From an archaeon (GTDB lineage: Archaea; Nanobdellota; Nanobdellia; Pacearchaeales; UBA284): a stretch of 64,000 nucleotides of DNA. Every line of letters begins with the position of its first letter. The stretch's first letter is position 1. Location of the stretch: positions 397,209 through 461,208 of the forward strand of contig CP070794.1 of NCBI GenBank assembly GCA_020343435.1, in the 5' to 3' direction. This document shows positions 45,679 to 55,681 of this stretch, piece by piece. Below the pieces are notes generated by a model. The model was not told the DNA's origin and did no database searches. It saw only the letters and a program-made list of their open reading frames with translations. Made by a program: the position numbers and the translations under genes.

Positions 45679-46218
45679 ATGGATAAAAAAGCTCAAACTA
45701 TGGGCGTTCCCTTTCAGTTAATTTTCACATTAATAATTATAGCAGTAGTCATAGTTTTTGGATTCTTTGCAATTAGAATGTTCTTAGGAAGAGCTGAACA
45801 AGCTAAATTTGGAACTGCTTTTAATGAAATAAGTACAGAAATTGAAGAAGCTTATAGTAGAGCAGGAGGAACAGCAAAAGTAATTACAGTTGATATGCCT
45901 AAAGGTATTGAAGCAGTTTGTTTTTTCAATCAAAGTGCTCCTTGTAGAGATATAGATTTATCATATGATGAACTAGGATACTCATTTTGTGATTTGATAG
46001 ATGAATATGAAGAAAACTTTTTTTACTGGACATTTAGAGCAGCAATGGAGTATAAAGCAAATCCTAATTGGAATATTACTTGTCAAAATAAGTTATGTGT
46101 AAAAATTCCTTCAGGAAGAAACCCTAAATGCTTTTTTCCAGATAATAATAGGCAACTTCAATTAAATATTACTAAAAATTTTGGAGATCCTTATGTTCAT
46201 GTTGATGAAGTAAGATGA
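45679..46218 (+). CDS. Type IV pilin-like protein (class III signal peptide)
   Basis: The N-terminus MDKKAQTMGVPFQLIFTLIIIAVVIVFGFF is followed by a Cys-containing globular domain. Confidence 0.55.
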   Translation: MDKKAQTMGVPFQLIFTLIIIAVVIVFGFFAIRMFLGRAEQAKFGTAFNEISTEIEEAYSRAGGTAKVITVDMPKGIEAVCFFNQSAPCRDIDLSYDELGYSFCDLIDEYEENFFYWTFRAAMEYKANPNWNITCQNKLCVKIPSGRNPKCFFPDNNRQLQLNITKNFGDPYVHVDEVR

Positions 46219-47159
46219 AAAACAAAAAAGGAATGGAATTTTCTTGGCTATTTGCTGTTATTGTTGGAGCAATAATCTTATTCTTAGCTTTTTATTTTAT
46301 AACAACAAATGTAACAACACAAGAAATGAAAGGAGCTACTGAAGAAGTTCATAGTTTAGAAGTTTTGTTTAATCCTTTTGCTTATTTGGGGGCAATGGGA
46401 GCAATAACATCAAAACCTATTGTTCTACCTGATGAAACTAGATTAGAATTTGAGTGTGATACGTATGAATTGGGCAGTAATACTATCATCTTAGATTCAG
46501 GTGTTCCAAAAGAAGTTTATGATAAGTATATTTTTGCAGATGATCTTGAATCTAAAGAAATTCATACGATTAGTAAACCATTAATTTTACCGTGGAGAGT
46601 TGCTGATCTGATATATGTTTTTCCAAAAAATCAGCATTACTGTTTTATTGATGCTCCAATAAGATTAATAGAAGAATTAGAAAACTTAAATGTAAGTAAT
46701 TTGTTTTTTGATGAATTAGATTGTCCTGAAGAGGGTATAAGAATTTGTTTTGGAGGAGCTGGATGTGATATATTAGTTTCTAGTTCAAGAGCATATTCTC
46801 AAGGATATGTTAGAAAACAAGGTTCTAGTCCAATGTATTTTGCTGGAGATAATTTTGCTTTGATGTTAGGAGCTATTTTCTCAAGAGATGATGATTATTA
46901 TAACTGTAATGTGAAAAGATTAGCAAAGAGATTAGATCTTGAAATTAATGTTTACAAAGATAAACAAGCAGCATTGTTAACAAGGGGGTGTAGTTCAAAT
47001 GTTAATTTAGATTCTTTTAAACAAGCTGTTCTAAGAATAAAAGAATTACGAGAGAATCAAGGGAGAATCCCAATTACTGAACAATTGATGAGTTCTTTAT
47101 ATTCATCAGCTCAAAGTGTAGAATTTTCAAATTCAAATTCACAATGTCCTTTATTTTAA
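46215..47159 (+). CDS. Type IV pilin-like protein (class III signal peptide)
   Basis: MKNKKG|MEFSWLFAVIVGAIILFLAF. The gene overlaps the upstream gene by 4 nt. Confidence 0.55.
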   Translation: MKNKKGMEFSWLFAVIVGAIILFLAFYFITTNVTTQEMKGATEEVHSLEVLFNPFAYLGAMGAITSKPIVLPDETRLEFECDTYELGSNTIILDSGVPKEVYDKYIFADDLESKEIHTISKPLILPWRVADLIYVFPKNQHYCFIDAPIRLIEELENLNVSNLFFDELDCPEEGIRICFGGAGCDILVSSSRAYSQGYVRKQGSSPMYFAGDNFALMLGAIFSRDDDYYNCNVKRLAKRLDLEINVYKDKQAALLTRGCSSNVNLDSFKQAVLRIKELRENQGRIPITEQLMSSLYSSAQSVEFSNSNSQCPLF

Positions 47160-47160
47160 A

Positions 47161-47625
47161 ATGAAAAAAGGCCAATTCAAAATTCAAGAGATGGCATTTG
47201 TTTTAGTAGCTGTGGTAATCTTATTTGGATTGGTGTTCTTATTTTTTGCAAGATTTGAATTAGGAAGAGTTCAAGATGTTGCAGAAGAACTAAGAGAGGA
47301 CAGAGCAATAACATTAACAAGAACTGTTGCTTCAATGCCAGAATTAAGATGTTCTAGAAGTGTTTTAAGAGTTAGCGAAGCTGCGTGTTTAGATATAGAT
47401 AAAGTTGAATCGTTTAATAATAGCGCGAGCTTGAGAGAAAGTTATGATTCAATGTGGAAATCGAACTATGTTACAAGTATTGTTGTAGAAGAGATCTATC
47501 CTGATAAAAATACTTATTATATTTATAACAGAGGATTTGCAAATGAGAGTTATTTTAGTTTCATGCCTTTATGTTCAGAAGATAAATGTGTAATCGCAAG
47601 ATTAATTGTGGGGATTAACTTATGA
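47161..47625 (+). CDS. Type IV pilin-like protein (class III signal peptide)
   Basis: MKKG|QFKIQEMAFVLVAVVILFGLVFLFF. Confidence 0.6.
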   Translation: MKKGQFKIQEMAFVLVAVVILFGLVFLFFARFELGRVQDVAEELREDRAITLTRTVASMPELRCSRSVLRVSEAACLDIDKVESFNNSASLRESYDSMWKSNYVTSIVVEEIYPDKNTYYIYNRGFANESYFSFMPLCSEDKCVIARLIVGINL

Positions 47626-48140
47626 AAAGAAAAGGACAAGAAGAGACAATGGGATTTGTAATAATAATCCTTATCTTAGTGGTTGTTGGAGTTGTTTTCT
47701 TAGGTTTTGCTTTAAACAAAGGAGCTAAAGATGTTGATCCTCATAAAAAACAAGTTGAAGATCTTATGCAATCAATGTTATTATTTACAACAGATTGTGA
47801 AGTTGCAGGAGATACATTAAATGTTAGGGAGTTAATTAGAGAATGTGAGAGAATTCCTGATAAAGATTGTGCAAATCAAGTTAATGTATGTGATAAGAGG
47901 AACGAAATAATGGAGGATCTGTTGGATAATACTCTTGGACAAGGGATTGTGGCTGGAGTTGAGAATGCATTTATACAAGGATTTACTCTAGATTTCAATT
48001 CTTCTGTTTATACTGTTCCAAGTATAATAGAAAGAGGTAATTTATCTGGTAATTATTTCAGTGCTTATGTTCCAATACCTGTAGGAGCTTATCAGGAGGA
48101 TGTAGAACTCAGTTTAAAGTGTTATTATGCTATAGATTAA
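47622..48140 (+). CDS. Type IV pilin-like protein (class III signal peptide)
   Basis: MKRKG|QEETMGFVIIILILVVVGVVFLGF. The gene overlaps the upstream gene by 4 nt. Confidence 0.6.
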   Translation: MKRKGQEETMGFVIIILILVVVGVVFLGFALNKGAKDVDPHKKQVEDLMQSMLLFTTDCEVAGDTLNVRELIRECERIPDKDCANQVNVCDKRNEIMEDLLDNTLGQGIVAGVENAFIQGFTLDFNSSVYTVPSIIERGNLSGNYFSAYVPIPVGAYQEDVELSLKCYYAID

Positions 48141-48573
48141 TCAAAAGATTAAGATTTCTGGTTTGAAGTAAGGGCTTTAATTTTTCTCTATGCTTGGTTT
48201 TTTGATGAGCTAATTTGATTAAACCGAACTTTTCAAGTAATCTTAAGTCTTGTCTCACAATTTTAAAATCTCTACCAGTAAGCTTAGCTAGCTCATAAAT
48301 TGATCCAGGTTCCCTGGTCTTGATAAAGTGTAATAACCTGGCTTTTTCATTGCTAAACAAGGATCTGACATCTGAAATGCCTATTGGCTGCAGTGCTGGG
48401 GGTGTAGCTTGCTTAATCTGGCTTAATCCTCTTGTAACTCCTGACCTTAGTCTTCTGAGAGCTGGAACCCAAGCGACCAATCCGCTCTGTTCTAAGAGGT
48501 TTTTGACTCTAGATTCGTGTTTTTTATCTTGATGTTCTAAAGATATGAAAATATTTTTTTCTCTTTTTTCCAT
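48130..48573 (-). CDS. Winged-helix transcription regulator
   Basis: The C-terminal half (ARLLHFIKTREPGSIYELAKLTGRDFKIVRQDLRLLEKFGLI) is ArsR/MarR-like. Confidence 0.55.
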   Translation of the reverse strand: MEKREKNIFISLEHQDKKHESRVKNLLEQSGLVAWVPALRRLRSGVTRGLSQIKQATPPALQPIGISDVRSLFSNEKARLLHFIKTREPGSIYELAKLTGRDFKIVRQDLRLLEKFGLIKLAHQKTKHREKLKPLLQTRNLNLLINL

Positions 48574-48728
48574 TTTCCGTCGTGAAAAATGAAGAAAAAG
48601 AAGTATATAAATATTATGTTCTTTAAGTATATAGGTTAATTTAACATATATGTGATGGGGATACAGATAAAAGAAGTGCTACTATAAATTGTGTTTTTTT
48701 GATGTAACTTTCTCATAGAAACGTAACC

Positions 48729-48736
48729 TTTATAAA
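48729..48736 (+). promoter_or_regulatory. TATA box candidate for the S-layer-like gene
   Basis: TTTATAAA lies in the 300-nt spacer. A second A/T box is at 48782-48793. SD GGAGGT is at 48861-48866. Confidence 0.4.
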
Positions 48737-48812
48737 TGAAATTAAGAAAAAACAGCCTATATTTAGGGTTTATGGAAAGCTTTTTAAATAAAATTTCGTT
48801 AATTTTAGTATA

Positions 48813-48841
48813 GCTGGCCAGCGATCGTTCTTAGCGGTCGC
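48813..48841 (+). promoter_or_regulatory. G+C-rich palindrome/hairpin in the S-layer gene leader
   Basis: GCTGGCCAGC is a perfect 10-bp palindrome. It overlaps the hairpin GCGATCG-TTCTTAG-CGGTCGC. Confidence 0.4.
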
Positions 48842-48872
48842 AATTAGAAAACGATTGAAAGGAGGTTAAAAA

Positions 48873-51185
48873 ATGAGGTTATTTAAAAGAATAGCACCTA
48901 TCGCATTGGGAGCAGTATTTGCATTTGCACTTATCGGTGCACCAGCAATGGGAGCTAGCTTAAACAACTGGGATGATAACTTCCCAGCAGCTAGCACTGC
49001 AATCGTCATAGGAGCAAACGCTGCAACACAGGATGAGACTGCTGTTGTAGACATTGCAAACACATTGGGAATCAGTACTTCAACTACTGAATACGATGAG
49101 GAATACCAAATCGTAAAATCCACAAACAATGTGAACCTTGGTGATGACTTACAAGATATTAAGACTTCATTACAAGACGATGAATTGCCTGGAATTCTTG
49201 GTGATGGAACTTACACAGACCAAGCAAACTCTGACTATGACTATACCCAAAAGTTAAGTTTAATCAACAATGCATTAGTCTTAACACATTTCTCTGACTC
49301 TGACTACGATAATGAGGAACCAACACTTGGTTTCAACCCAGCTGGAAATACAAATGTGTTGAACTATACCCTTGAGTTTAGTACAACACCAACTTTCAGC
49401 ACAACAAACATTGAAACTACAGACATAGAGATTATGGGCAATAGTTATTATGTAAGTGATGTAACCACAGATAAGATTACATTACTTGACGCTGCAACTA
49501 CCACAATAGTTACTGAAGGTGAAACAGGAACTATAGAAGGTAAAGATGTTGAGATCCTTTATGTAGGAAGTACTCCTGAAGTAAAACTTAAGATTGATGG
49601 TGAAACCACCAATACTTTAAGTGAAGGAGCATCTTACAAATTAAGTGATGGATCTTATGTTGGTATCAAGGACATCATGTATGTTGCAAAAGATACTGGT
49701 GTAAGCAGTGTAGAGGTTGCATTAGGAAAAGGTAAGATTGAAATCGAGGATGGAAACCTTGTGCAGATTAATGACGACTCTGTGATGGACTTATATGGTT
49801 ACCTAACCAATACAAGTGGTTATTGGGTAAGTATGACACTTAGATGGCTATTAGATGATGAAGCTTTCTTAACAGAAGGTGATGCATTAACATTCCCTGG
49901 ACTTGAAACTCTTCAAGTTATGCTTAAGGACTTTTATTTCCCAGGTGAAGAAGTAGTCACTGTTGATGGTGGTGCAACATATATACAAATGAAGGTTCCT
50001 TTAGAAAAAGGAACTGCAACTATCTACCCTATATGGTTAAATAGTACTGCATATTTCATTGGAACTGGTAAAGATGGTAATAACCAGTTAGTAACTACTC
50101 ATGCAAGTACTCTAGATTATAACTATACTGGAGGAGATAGAAACTTTATAGCATCATACAACGGAACAGATAATGCACAGTCTTACTTATGTAAAGTAAC
50201 AATAACTGGAGATGCAACATATAACTATACCACAATATACTATTGGAATGGTGACGATGATGAATGGGTAACTTCTTGTGAAAATAGAAGAGATGGACAA
50301 GAATGTAATATCGGAGATGTAACTTTAACAATTGGAACAATTGTTAAAACAGCTACATTAAAGTGGGTTAACTTTACTGGAGCCACTGGCGTAACTTTTG
50401 ATGAAGTTTACACCAAAGGAGGATTAAGAATCCAATTATTCCAGAACTCAAGTAGCTCAGCCGCAGGATATATCAACTTCACAAACACAACCCATAACAA
50501 CACAGCAACCGCAACATACACATTGTGGATGAAAGAAGCAAACAAAGATGACGCTCTAGGAACTGGAGATGATATTAATTTAACAGTTAGTAGATCTTCA
50601 GACAATAAGACATCTATAACTGCTATAACTACAGACTGGTTAGGTACTGGAGCTCCATTTGAGTATCCAAGCCAAAACGATGTCTGGGTTGGTTATACAG
50701 AATCTGATCTTGGAACAAAAGTTGTTTGGGACAAGACTGGAGATGAGTATGATGTTGATGTGACCTATGCAGGTGGAGAATCTTATGCAAACGTATTTAT
50801 TGTAAGCACTGTTGCAAGTACAACAACTGCTTCAAGCGTTGCAGTAAAAGATTCTGAAATCGATGATGTCAAGACTAAAAATCTTGTAGTTGTTGGTGGA
50901 TCTGGTATCAATGAGGTAGCAGCATACTTACTTGGTTTAGACTACCCAACATATGGTAGTTCTGACGCATGGCAAACTGCCACTGCTGTTGATGAACCTG
51001 GTAAGGCTCTATTGAAAATCATGGAATCCCCATACTCAAGTAGCAAGTATGCATTACTTGTAGCTGGATGGGAAGGAATTGATACAAAGAGAGCTGCAAA
51101 AGCATTGACCACACCAATCGATGGTCTAACAGGCGAGTCTTTGGTGCTAAGCACAGTCGATGAGGTTGCAACCGTCTTAACTTAA
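48873..51185 (+). CDS. Putative S-layer / major surface protein
   Basis: 770-aa ORF with a strong SD and the signal MRLFKRIAPIALGAVFAFALIGAPAMGA. The composition is Thr/Asn/Gly-rich with sequons, codon usage is distinct, and a long T-rich terminator follows. Confidence 0.6.
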   Translation: MRLFKRIAPIALGAVFAFALIGAPAMGASLNNWDDNFPAASTAIVIGANAATQDETAVVDIANTLGISTSTTEYDEEYQIVKSTNNVNLGDDLQDIKTSLQDDELPGILGDGTYTDQANSDYDYTQKLSLINNALVLTHFSDSDYDNEEPTLGFNPAGNTNVLNYTLEFSTTPTFSTTNIETTDIEIMGNSYYVSDVTTDKITLLDAATTTIVTEGETGTIEGKDVEILYVGSTPEVKLKIDGETTNTLSEGASYKLSDGSYVGIKDIMYVAKDTGVSSVEVALGKGKIEIEDGNLVQINDDSVMDLYGYLTNTSGYWVSMTLRWLLDDEAFLTEGDALTFPGLETLQVMLKDFYFPGEEVVTVDGGATYIQMKVPLEKGTATIYPIWLNSTAYFIGTGKDGNNQLVTTHASTLDYNYTGGDRNFIASYNGTDNAQSYLCKVTITGDATYNYTTIYYWNGDDDEWVTSCENRRDGQECNIGDVTLTIGTIVKTATLKWVNFTGATGVTFDEVYTKGGLRIQLFQNSSSSAAGYINFTNTTHNNTATATYTLWMKEANKDDALGTGDDINLTVSRSSDNKTSITAITTDWLGTGAPFEYPSQNDVWVGYTESDLGTKVVWDKTGDEYDVDVTYAGGESYANVFIVSTVASTTTASSVAVKDSEIDDVKTKNLVVVGGSGINEVAAYLLGLDYPTYGSSDAWQTATAVDEPGKALLKIMESPYSSSKYALLVAGWEGIDTKRAAKALTTPIDGLTGESLVLSTVDEVATVLT

Positions 51186-51207
51186 GAAGAGGTGCTATAG
51201 AAGGAAA

Positions 51208-51242
51208 TTTTTTATTTTCTTTTTTTCTTTTTCTTTTTTTCT
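51208..51242 (+). terminator. Oligo-T terminator region
   Basis: A 35-nt tract consisting almost entirely of T runs, starting 23 nt after the S-layer gene stop. Confidence 0.55.
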
Positions 51243-51276
51243 TAATATTTATAAAGTATTATTTTCTAATTTAGTT

Positions 51277-51888
51277 ATGAAACCATTAGAGTCTCAAGAA
51301 AGAAGAGACAACAAATTAAAGAAGAGGAATATGGCTCTTGGAATAATCATTGCAGTAGTTCTAGTTGCAGGAACAGTTGGTTGGGCATTATCTGGAGGAA
51401 CTACTGAAAAAAGTGAAGAATATAATGGTTTTACTTTTGTACAAGTTCAGAATTATTGGCAAACAATTGTAAAATTATTTGGACAAGATTTTCCCTTACA
51501 TACAACATTTTTACCTAAAGAAGTAGAAAACATAACAGGTAATACTATTGGGTTGACTTATGTTGGTTTTGTGAATAAAAATCTTTACATTTTGGCAAAT
51601 TCAGGTAATGAAAGACAAGCTGCAAATGATATTTTAGTTAATTTCCAAAATCTTGTAAATAGGATTCAGTTTGCTTGTTTAGAAGAAGACTCTGAAGATA
51701 GTTTCTGTGCTGATAAACCTATAAAAAGTTGTGAAGATGTTTCAGAAGAAAGTGCCATTATTGTAATTAAAGATAGTGAATCGACAAGTTTAAAATATGA
51801 AAATGGCTGTTTAACAATAGAGGGATCTAATCCCAATCTTAAAAAGGCTACAGATAAAGCTTTATTTGTAATGTTTGAGGTAATGTGA
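51277..51888 (+). CDS. Membrane-anchored Cys-containing exported protein
   Basis: 203-aa ORF with a single N-terminal TM helix (ALGIIIAVVLVAGTVGWAL). Confidence 0.5.
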   Translation: MKPLESQERRDNKLKKRNMALGIIIAVVLVAGTVGWALSGGTTEKSEEYNGFTFVQVQNYWQTIVKLFGQDFPLHTTFLPKEVENITGNTIGLTYVGFVNKNLYILANSGNERQAANDILVNFQNLVNRIQFACLEEDSEDSFCADKPIKSCEDVSEESAIIVIKDSESTSLKYENGCLTIEGSNPNLKKATDKALFVMFEVM

Positions 51889-52505
51889 TGGTTAAAAGAA
51901 AGAGATTAAAAGTTTGGTTATTGGTTTTAGTTATAGTAATTGTAGTTCTGATAGTTTTATTTGCTATTGGCACATTTAAAAAATCTGATACAGGTATTTG
52001 GGATTATAATGGTTTAAAATTCCATAATGAAACTGTGGGTAATTCTACGTTTTATGTTGCTGGAGTAGATATTTATATTAATGGAACTCCAAATAGTTAT
52101 GGGTTTTATTTTAGAAACTATCCTTCAGAATTAGAAGAAATTCCGTTTAACGTGGTTTCAAGGATTAGGAATAAGGCATATATTGCATTTTCACCTGAAA
52201 CTTTGGAGTGTGAAGATACTAGTTTAATTGCATGGAATTTGGGAGAGTTTTTTGGGAGAATGGGTTCTGAGGCTACAGGAGCTATAACAACCCCTATTAA
52301 AGACGGTAAATTAAGCATTGTTGTGAATTGTTCTGTGGTTGTTCCAGGAGCAACAATCTTGGTTGTAGAAGCTGGTTCAGAAGCTAATAGAGTTTATACT
52401 CATCCAGAGAATAGGGAGTGTATTGTAATTGAAACAACAGATTGTGAAATAATAAAAGGTTCTGAAAGATTTATTTTAGGGATGTTGCTTAGCCTATTAC
52501 GTTAA
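51885..52505 (+). CDS. Membrane-anchored Cys-containing exported protein
   Basis: 206-aa ORF with an N-terminal TM helix (VWLLVLVIVIVVLIVLFAIG). It overlaps the previous gene by 4 nt. Confidence 0.5.
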   Translation: MMVKRKRLKVWLLVLVIVIVVLIVLFAIGTFKKSDTGIWDYNGLKFHNETVGNSTFYVAGVDIYINGTPNSYGFYFRNYPSELEEIPFNVVSRIRNKAYIAFSPETLECEDTSLIAWNLGEFFGRMGSEATGAITTPIKDGKLSIVVNCSVVVPGATILVVEAGSEANRVYTHPENRECIVIETTDCEIIKGSERFILGMLLSLLR

Positions 52506-52537
52506 GTTTAAAACTGAATTTGTATTCTTAATTCTAA

Positions 52538-52620
52538 GCCGGGATGGCCCAACGGTACGGCGCTGGCCTTGAGAGCCAGTTGGACTTTGTCCTTTCCAGG
52601 TTCGAATCCTGGTCCCGGCG
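52538..52620 (+). tRNA. tRNA-Ser (TGA)
   Basis: GCCGGGA..TCCCGGC-G, anticodon arm CTGGC-CTTGAGA-GCCAG, a long variable arm, and T arm CCAGG-TTCGAAT-CCTGG. Confidence 0.9.
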
Positions 52621-52649
52621 TTTTTTAAAAAGTTAGAATTCTATTGCTC

Positions 52650-55292
52650 TTACTTCTTACCATGCTTTTTCAGATATTGGGATTTTCCAATAAGCATTAG
52701 TACTAAAAAAGCTACTGCAGCAAGAATAATTATTATCCATGGTAAAGATCCTTTTCCTAAAGTTAATCCTTTTCCTTTCCCATCTTCAGAATCTTCTTCT
52801 GAGTAGGATTTTATAGAGAATGTTGCTTTTCCATCTGTTATAGATTCTAATTTAATTGATATATCTGTTATAGTGTCTTCATCTAAATCAACATATGCTG
52901 TTTCTCCAACTGTTAATGTTAAAGTAATTGGTTCAGAACTAATTTCAAATGTAACTGTATCGTTTGTTATATTCAATATTGTGATTGTGTGATTGGTTTC
53001 ATTAAATGAGAAGTTAAAAGATTCTCCTTCTTCTAGGATTACTGTTGCTGGTGATCTCCCAATTGTTGGAGGAGTATCAGCTACACTTTCTTCTTCTTCC
53101 TCTTCATCTTCTTCTTCATCACCGGTACCACCCCCTCCACCAGAAGGAGTTTCTGGAGTGCTTATATCAACATAGACACTTCCAGATATACTTGGTCCTG
53201 TTCCAGAGAAGTGAGGAATTCTTATCCAAATTCTGTTATTAGTTGTATCGATATGACAAGGATAAGTTGTGTTAATTTGAGATGTTCCTGTTGTTGTAGC
53301 TTGACATATATTGTCTCCCATCAAAGTTTCCCAAACTGAACTAGAAGTATTATAATGAGAATAATTTCCTGCGAGATATGTACCATTACTTCCATTATTA
53401 GTTGTATTCCATATAACTGTCCAATCATCATCATAGAAATGAGGGATGGATATGTTTACTTGTGAAGAATCATTTAAACCAGAGTTATTAGTCTCTGAAT
53501 AAGGTATGGATATTAAGACATAGTCATAGATTGTTGGTCCTTTTGATCCAAATCTTAATGCTGATTCAAATACTCCACTTGAATTTGTTTCATTTGTACT
53601 ATTATCAAATAATCCATCTGGTGGTCCTGAAGCCATCAAATCAACATTCACATAATGTATGATGATTCCAGTAGCTAACTGTCCCATTCTAAAGCTTAAA
53701 GCTCCCCCTCCAAAAACTGCTCCCATAGGATTGAATTGATCACTACTTGAGTTTGTTTTTATACAATCACTTGGAGGGTTGGGGACATCACAAGTTGAGT
53801 TTGATTTGATAAGAGTAATTGCTACGCTTGCAAATTTTTCACTTTCATTCCCTCCGATAGGTACTGGATTGAAAGCTGAAACAGAGATATTATTTGATGT
53901 GTTTAATTGGGCTGCTGTTTTCTGTCCCACTCTTCTTGGCGCAAAATTATTACTAAAAATATTAATTTCCTTTACACTATTTCCAGTTACATTTAATAAC
54001 ATAACACTGAAATTAACTCCTCCAGAAGCGTTTTGTTGATTCACATTTTCCATAATTGTGAATGTTGTACAATTATGACTTGAATAATCAAAAGTAACTT
54101 CTATATGTGCAGAAACATTTGCCATTGTGCTATTAGTAGTAGAGTTAACCAAATGTATTGTTTGTTTTGCAGTTGGTAAGTTTCTAGTAGATCCAGTATT
54201 ACCATCACTAACACTTATATTTGCTACCCCTCCATAAAGAGAATATAATGAGAAATTCATTTCAGTGTCTGAAGATGAATTATTCAAAGTTATATTTCTA
54301 AATTTCCCATACCAACTTCCATTATATGCTGTTGCATATAGGATATAAGACACTGTTTCTGCTGGTGCAAAAGGTAATGTGATGTTATACCATCCATTTG
54401 TTGAATTAAACTCATTTGTTGAACCATTCCAAGCACTTGCATTAAAAGGAAGTGTTCCATACCTTATTGATATCATGTTCCCTGGTTCTAAAACAAAAGG
54501 TATAACACTATGGTTTTTTGTGTTAGTATCATTATCCCATTCTGCCCCTCCAGTGGCATTGTTTGTTAGATAACCATACAGCCTTATAGTTGACTCTGAT
54601 ATATTGAATACCCTATTAAGAGTTTTTGTTGTTACATTGTAAGTTGAATTCGTCCAATTATTTGCTCCGACACCCAAGTTGTAAGAAGAATTTGAAGTAA
54701 AATTATTCCAATTATAACTAACTGGAACAAAATTTGTCCCACTCCCTTGACTAGGATATATCATAATAGAGTAATTTCTATTTCTAGGAACATAGCATAA
54801 TGTTGATTCGTTATCTCCACTACAAGAAGAAACTTCATAACCTAATTTTTGATCTTTAACCATATATCCAAAAGCTACATTTCCAGAACCATTCACTGCT
54901 GTGATATTGATTGTTCCTGCAGGTTGTAGATAAAAGGTTGTATTAGCTAACATCTCTAATTCTACATATCCTAATGCTGGAAGAGATTTCCCAACATAAT
55001 CAACATATCCAATTGTGGTATTGTTTCTTGTCATGGAGATTGCATAGAAATGGCTTGAATTTTCTTCTAAACTTATATTAAACCAACCAGAAGCATTTGT
55101 TGATGTATAATTCTGATAAACTTGCCCCCATGTCTCATTTCTTGTTATTATACTAATATTAGAATCATTTAAGGGATTTCCACTTGTATCAACAACTGTC
55201 CCATTAAGTTCAAAAGTAGCTGCAGTTGCAAGAGATATTCCTAAGAATAAGATTACTATGAAAACTGAAAACAATAAGAGTTTTTTGTTCAT
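52650..55292 (-). CDS. Large sequon-rich surface glycoprotein with a C-terminal TM anchor
   Basis: 880-aa ORF with a signal peptide. My hand count gives roughly 60 N-x-S/T sequons. There is a GGGGG/poly-E linker, a distal beta-rich domain, and a TM helix with a basic tail. Confidence 0.6.
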   Translation of the reverse strand: MNKKLLLFSVFIVILFLGISLATAATFELNGTVVDTSGNPLNDSNISIITRNETWGQVYQNYTSTNASGWFNISLEENSSHFYAISMTRNNTTIGYVDYVGKSLPALGYVELEMLANTTFYLQPAGTINITAVNGSGNVAFGYMVKDQKLGYEVSSCSGDNESTLCYVPRNRNYSIMIYPSQGSGTNFVPVSYNWNNFTSNSSYNLGVGANNWTNSTYNVTTKTLNRVFNISESTIRLYGYLTNNATGGAEWDNDTNTKNHSVIPFVLEPGNMISIRYGTLPFNASAWNGSTNEFNSTNGWYNITLPFAPAETVSYILYATAYNGSWYGKFRNITLNNSSSDTEMNFSLYSLYGGVANISVSDGNTGSTRNLPTAKQTIHLVNSTTNSTMANVSAHIEVTFDYSSHNCTTFTIMENVNQQNASGGVNFSVMLLNVTGNSVKEINIFSNNFAPRRVGQKTAAQLNTSNNISVSAFNPVPIGGNESEKFASVAITLIKSNSTCDVPNPPSDCIKTNSSSDQFNPMGAVFGGGALSFRMGQLATGIIIHYVNVDLMASGPPDGLFDNSTNETNSSGVFESALRFGSKGPTIYDYVLISIPYSETNNSGLNDSSQVNISIPHFYDDDWTVIWNTTNNGSNGTYLAGNYSHYNTSSSVWETLMGDNICQATTTGTSQINTTYPCHIDTTNNRIWIRIPHFSGTGPSISGSVYVDISTPETPSGGGGGTGDEEEDEEEEEESVADTPPTIGRSPATVILEEGESFNFSFNETNHTITILNITNDTVTFEISSEPITLTLTVGETAYVDLDEDTITDISIKLESITDGKATFSIKSYSEEDSEDGKGKGLTLGKGSLPWIIIILAAVAFLVLMLIGKSQYLKKHGKK

Positions 55293-55383
55293 TCTCCCCT
55301 TTTTTATATAAGCTATAGAGATTCTCTATTTAAAAAAGTTTTGGTTTAGAAAGGTTTTTAAATCATTTTCAAGTTTATAGAAT

Positions 55384-55672
55384 GTAGCTAGGAAGCTGGT
55401 TGTCTGCATTAAGCAGAGGAAGGTCCGCTCACCCCTTGAAAGAGGAAGTGGCTGGTTTTCGAAAGAAAACTTGTCGTGAGGCAAAGCTCTGTCACAGAAA
55501 CGACACAGTCTCTGTGGAGATATGAAACTTGCGTTGATCTACGAAGCAGAGAATTTGATGAAACGGGCAACTCAGTCGGTGCAACTCGTGAAGAGGCTTA
55601 GTAGGATGCCAGTATGGTTGATTTGAAGCTAAAACTTCAAGAGCCAACAAAAAGTGGCCTAATCCTAGCTAC
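55384..55672 (+). ncRNA. rnpB: RNase P RNA
   Basis: A perfect 10-bp terminal helix (GTAGCTAGGA/TCCTAGCTAC). Conserved elements GAGGAAGGTCCGC (compare GAGGAAAGUCC) and CACAGAAA are present. The region is a G+C-rich island of about 290 nt. Confidence 0.85.
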
Positions 55673-55681
55673 TTATTACAA

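Noticed and set aside
52993-53242. Ser- and Leu-rich plus-strand ORFs over the poly-Glu/poly-Gly linker of the 880-aa gene
   Set aside because: They are reverse-frame readings of a low-complexity coding stretch.
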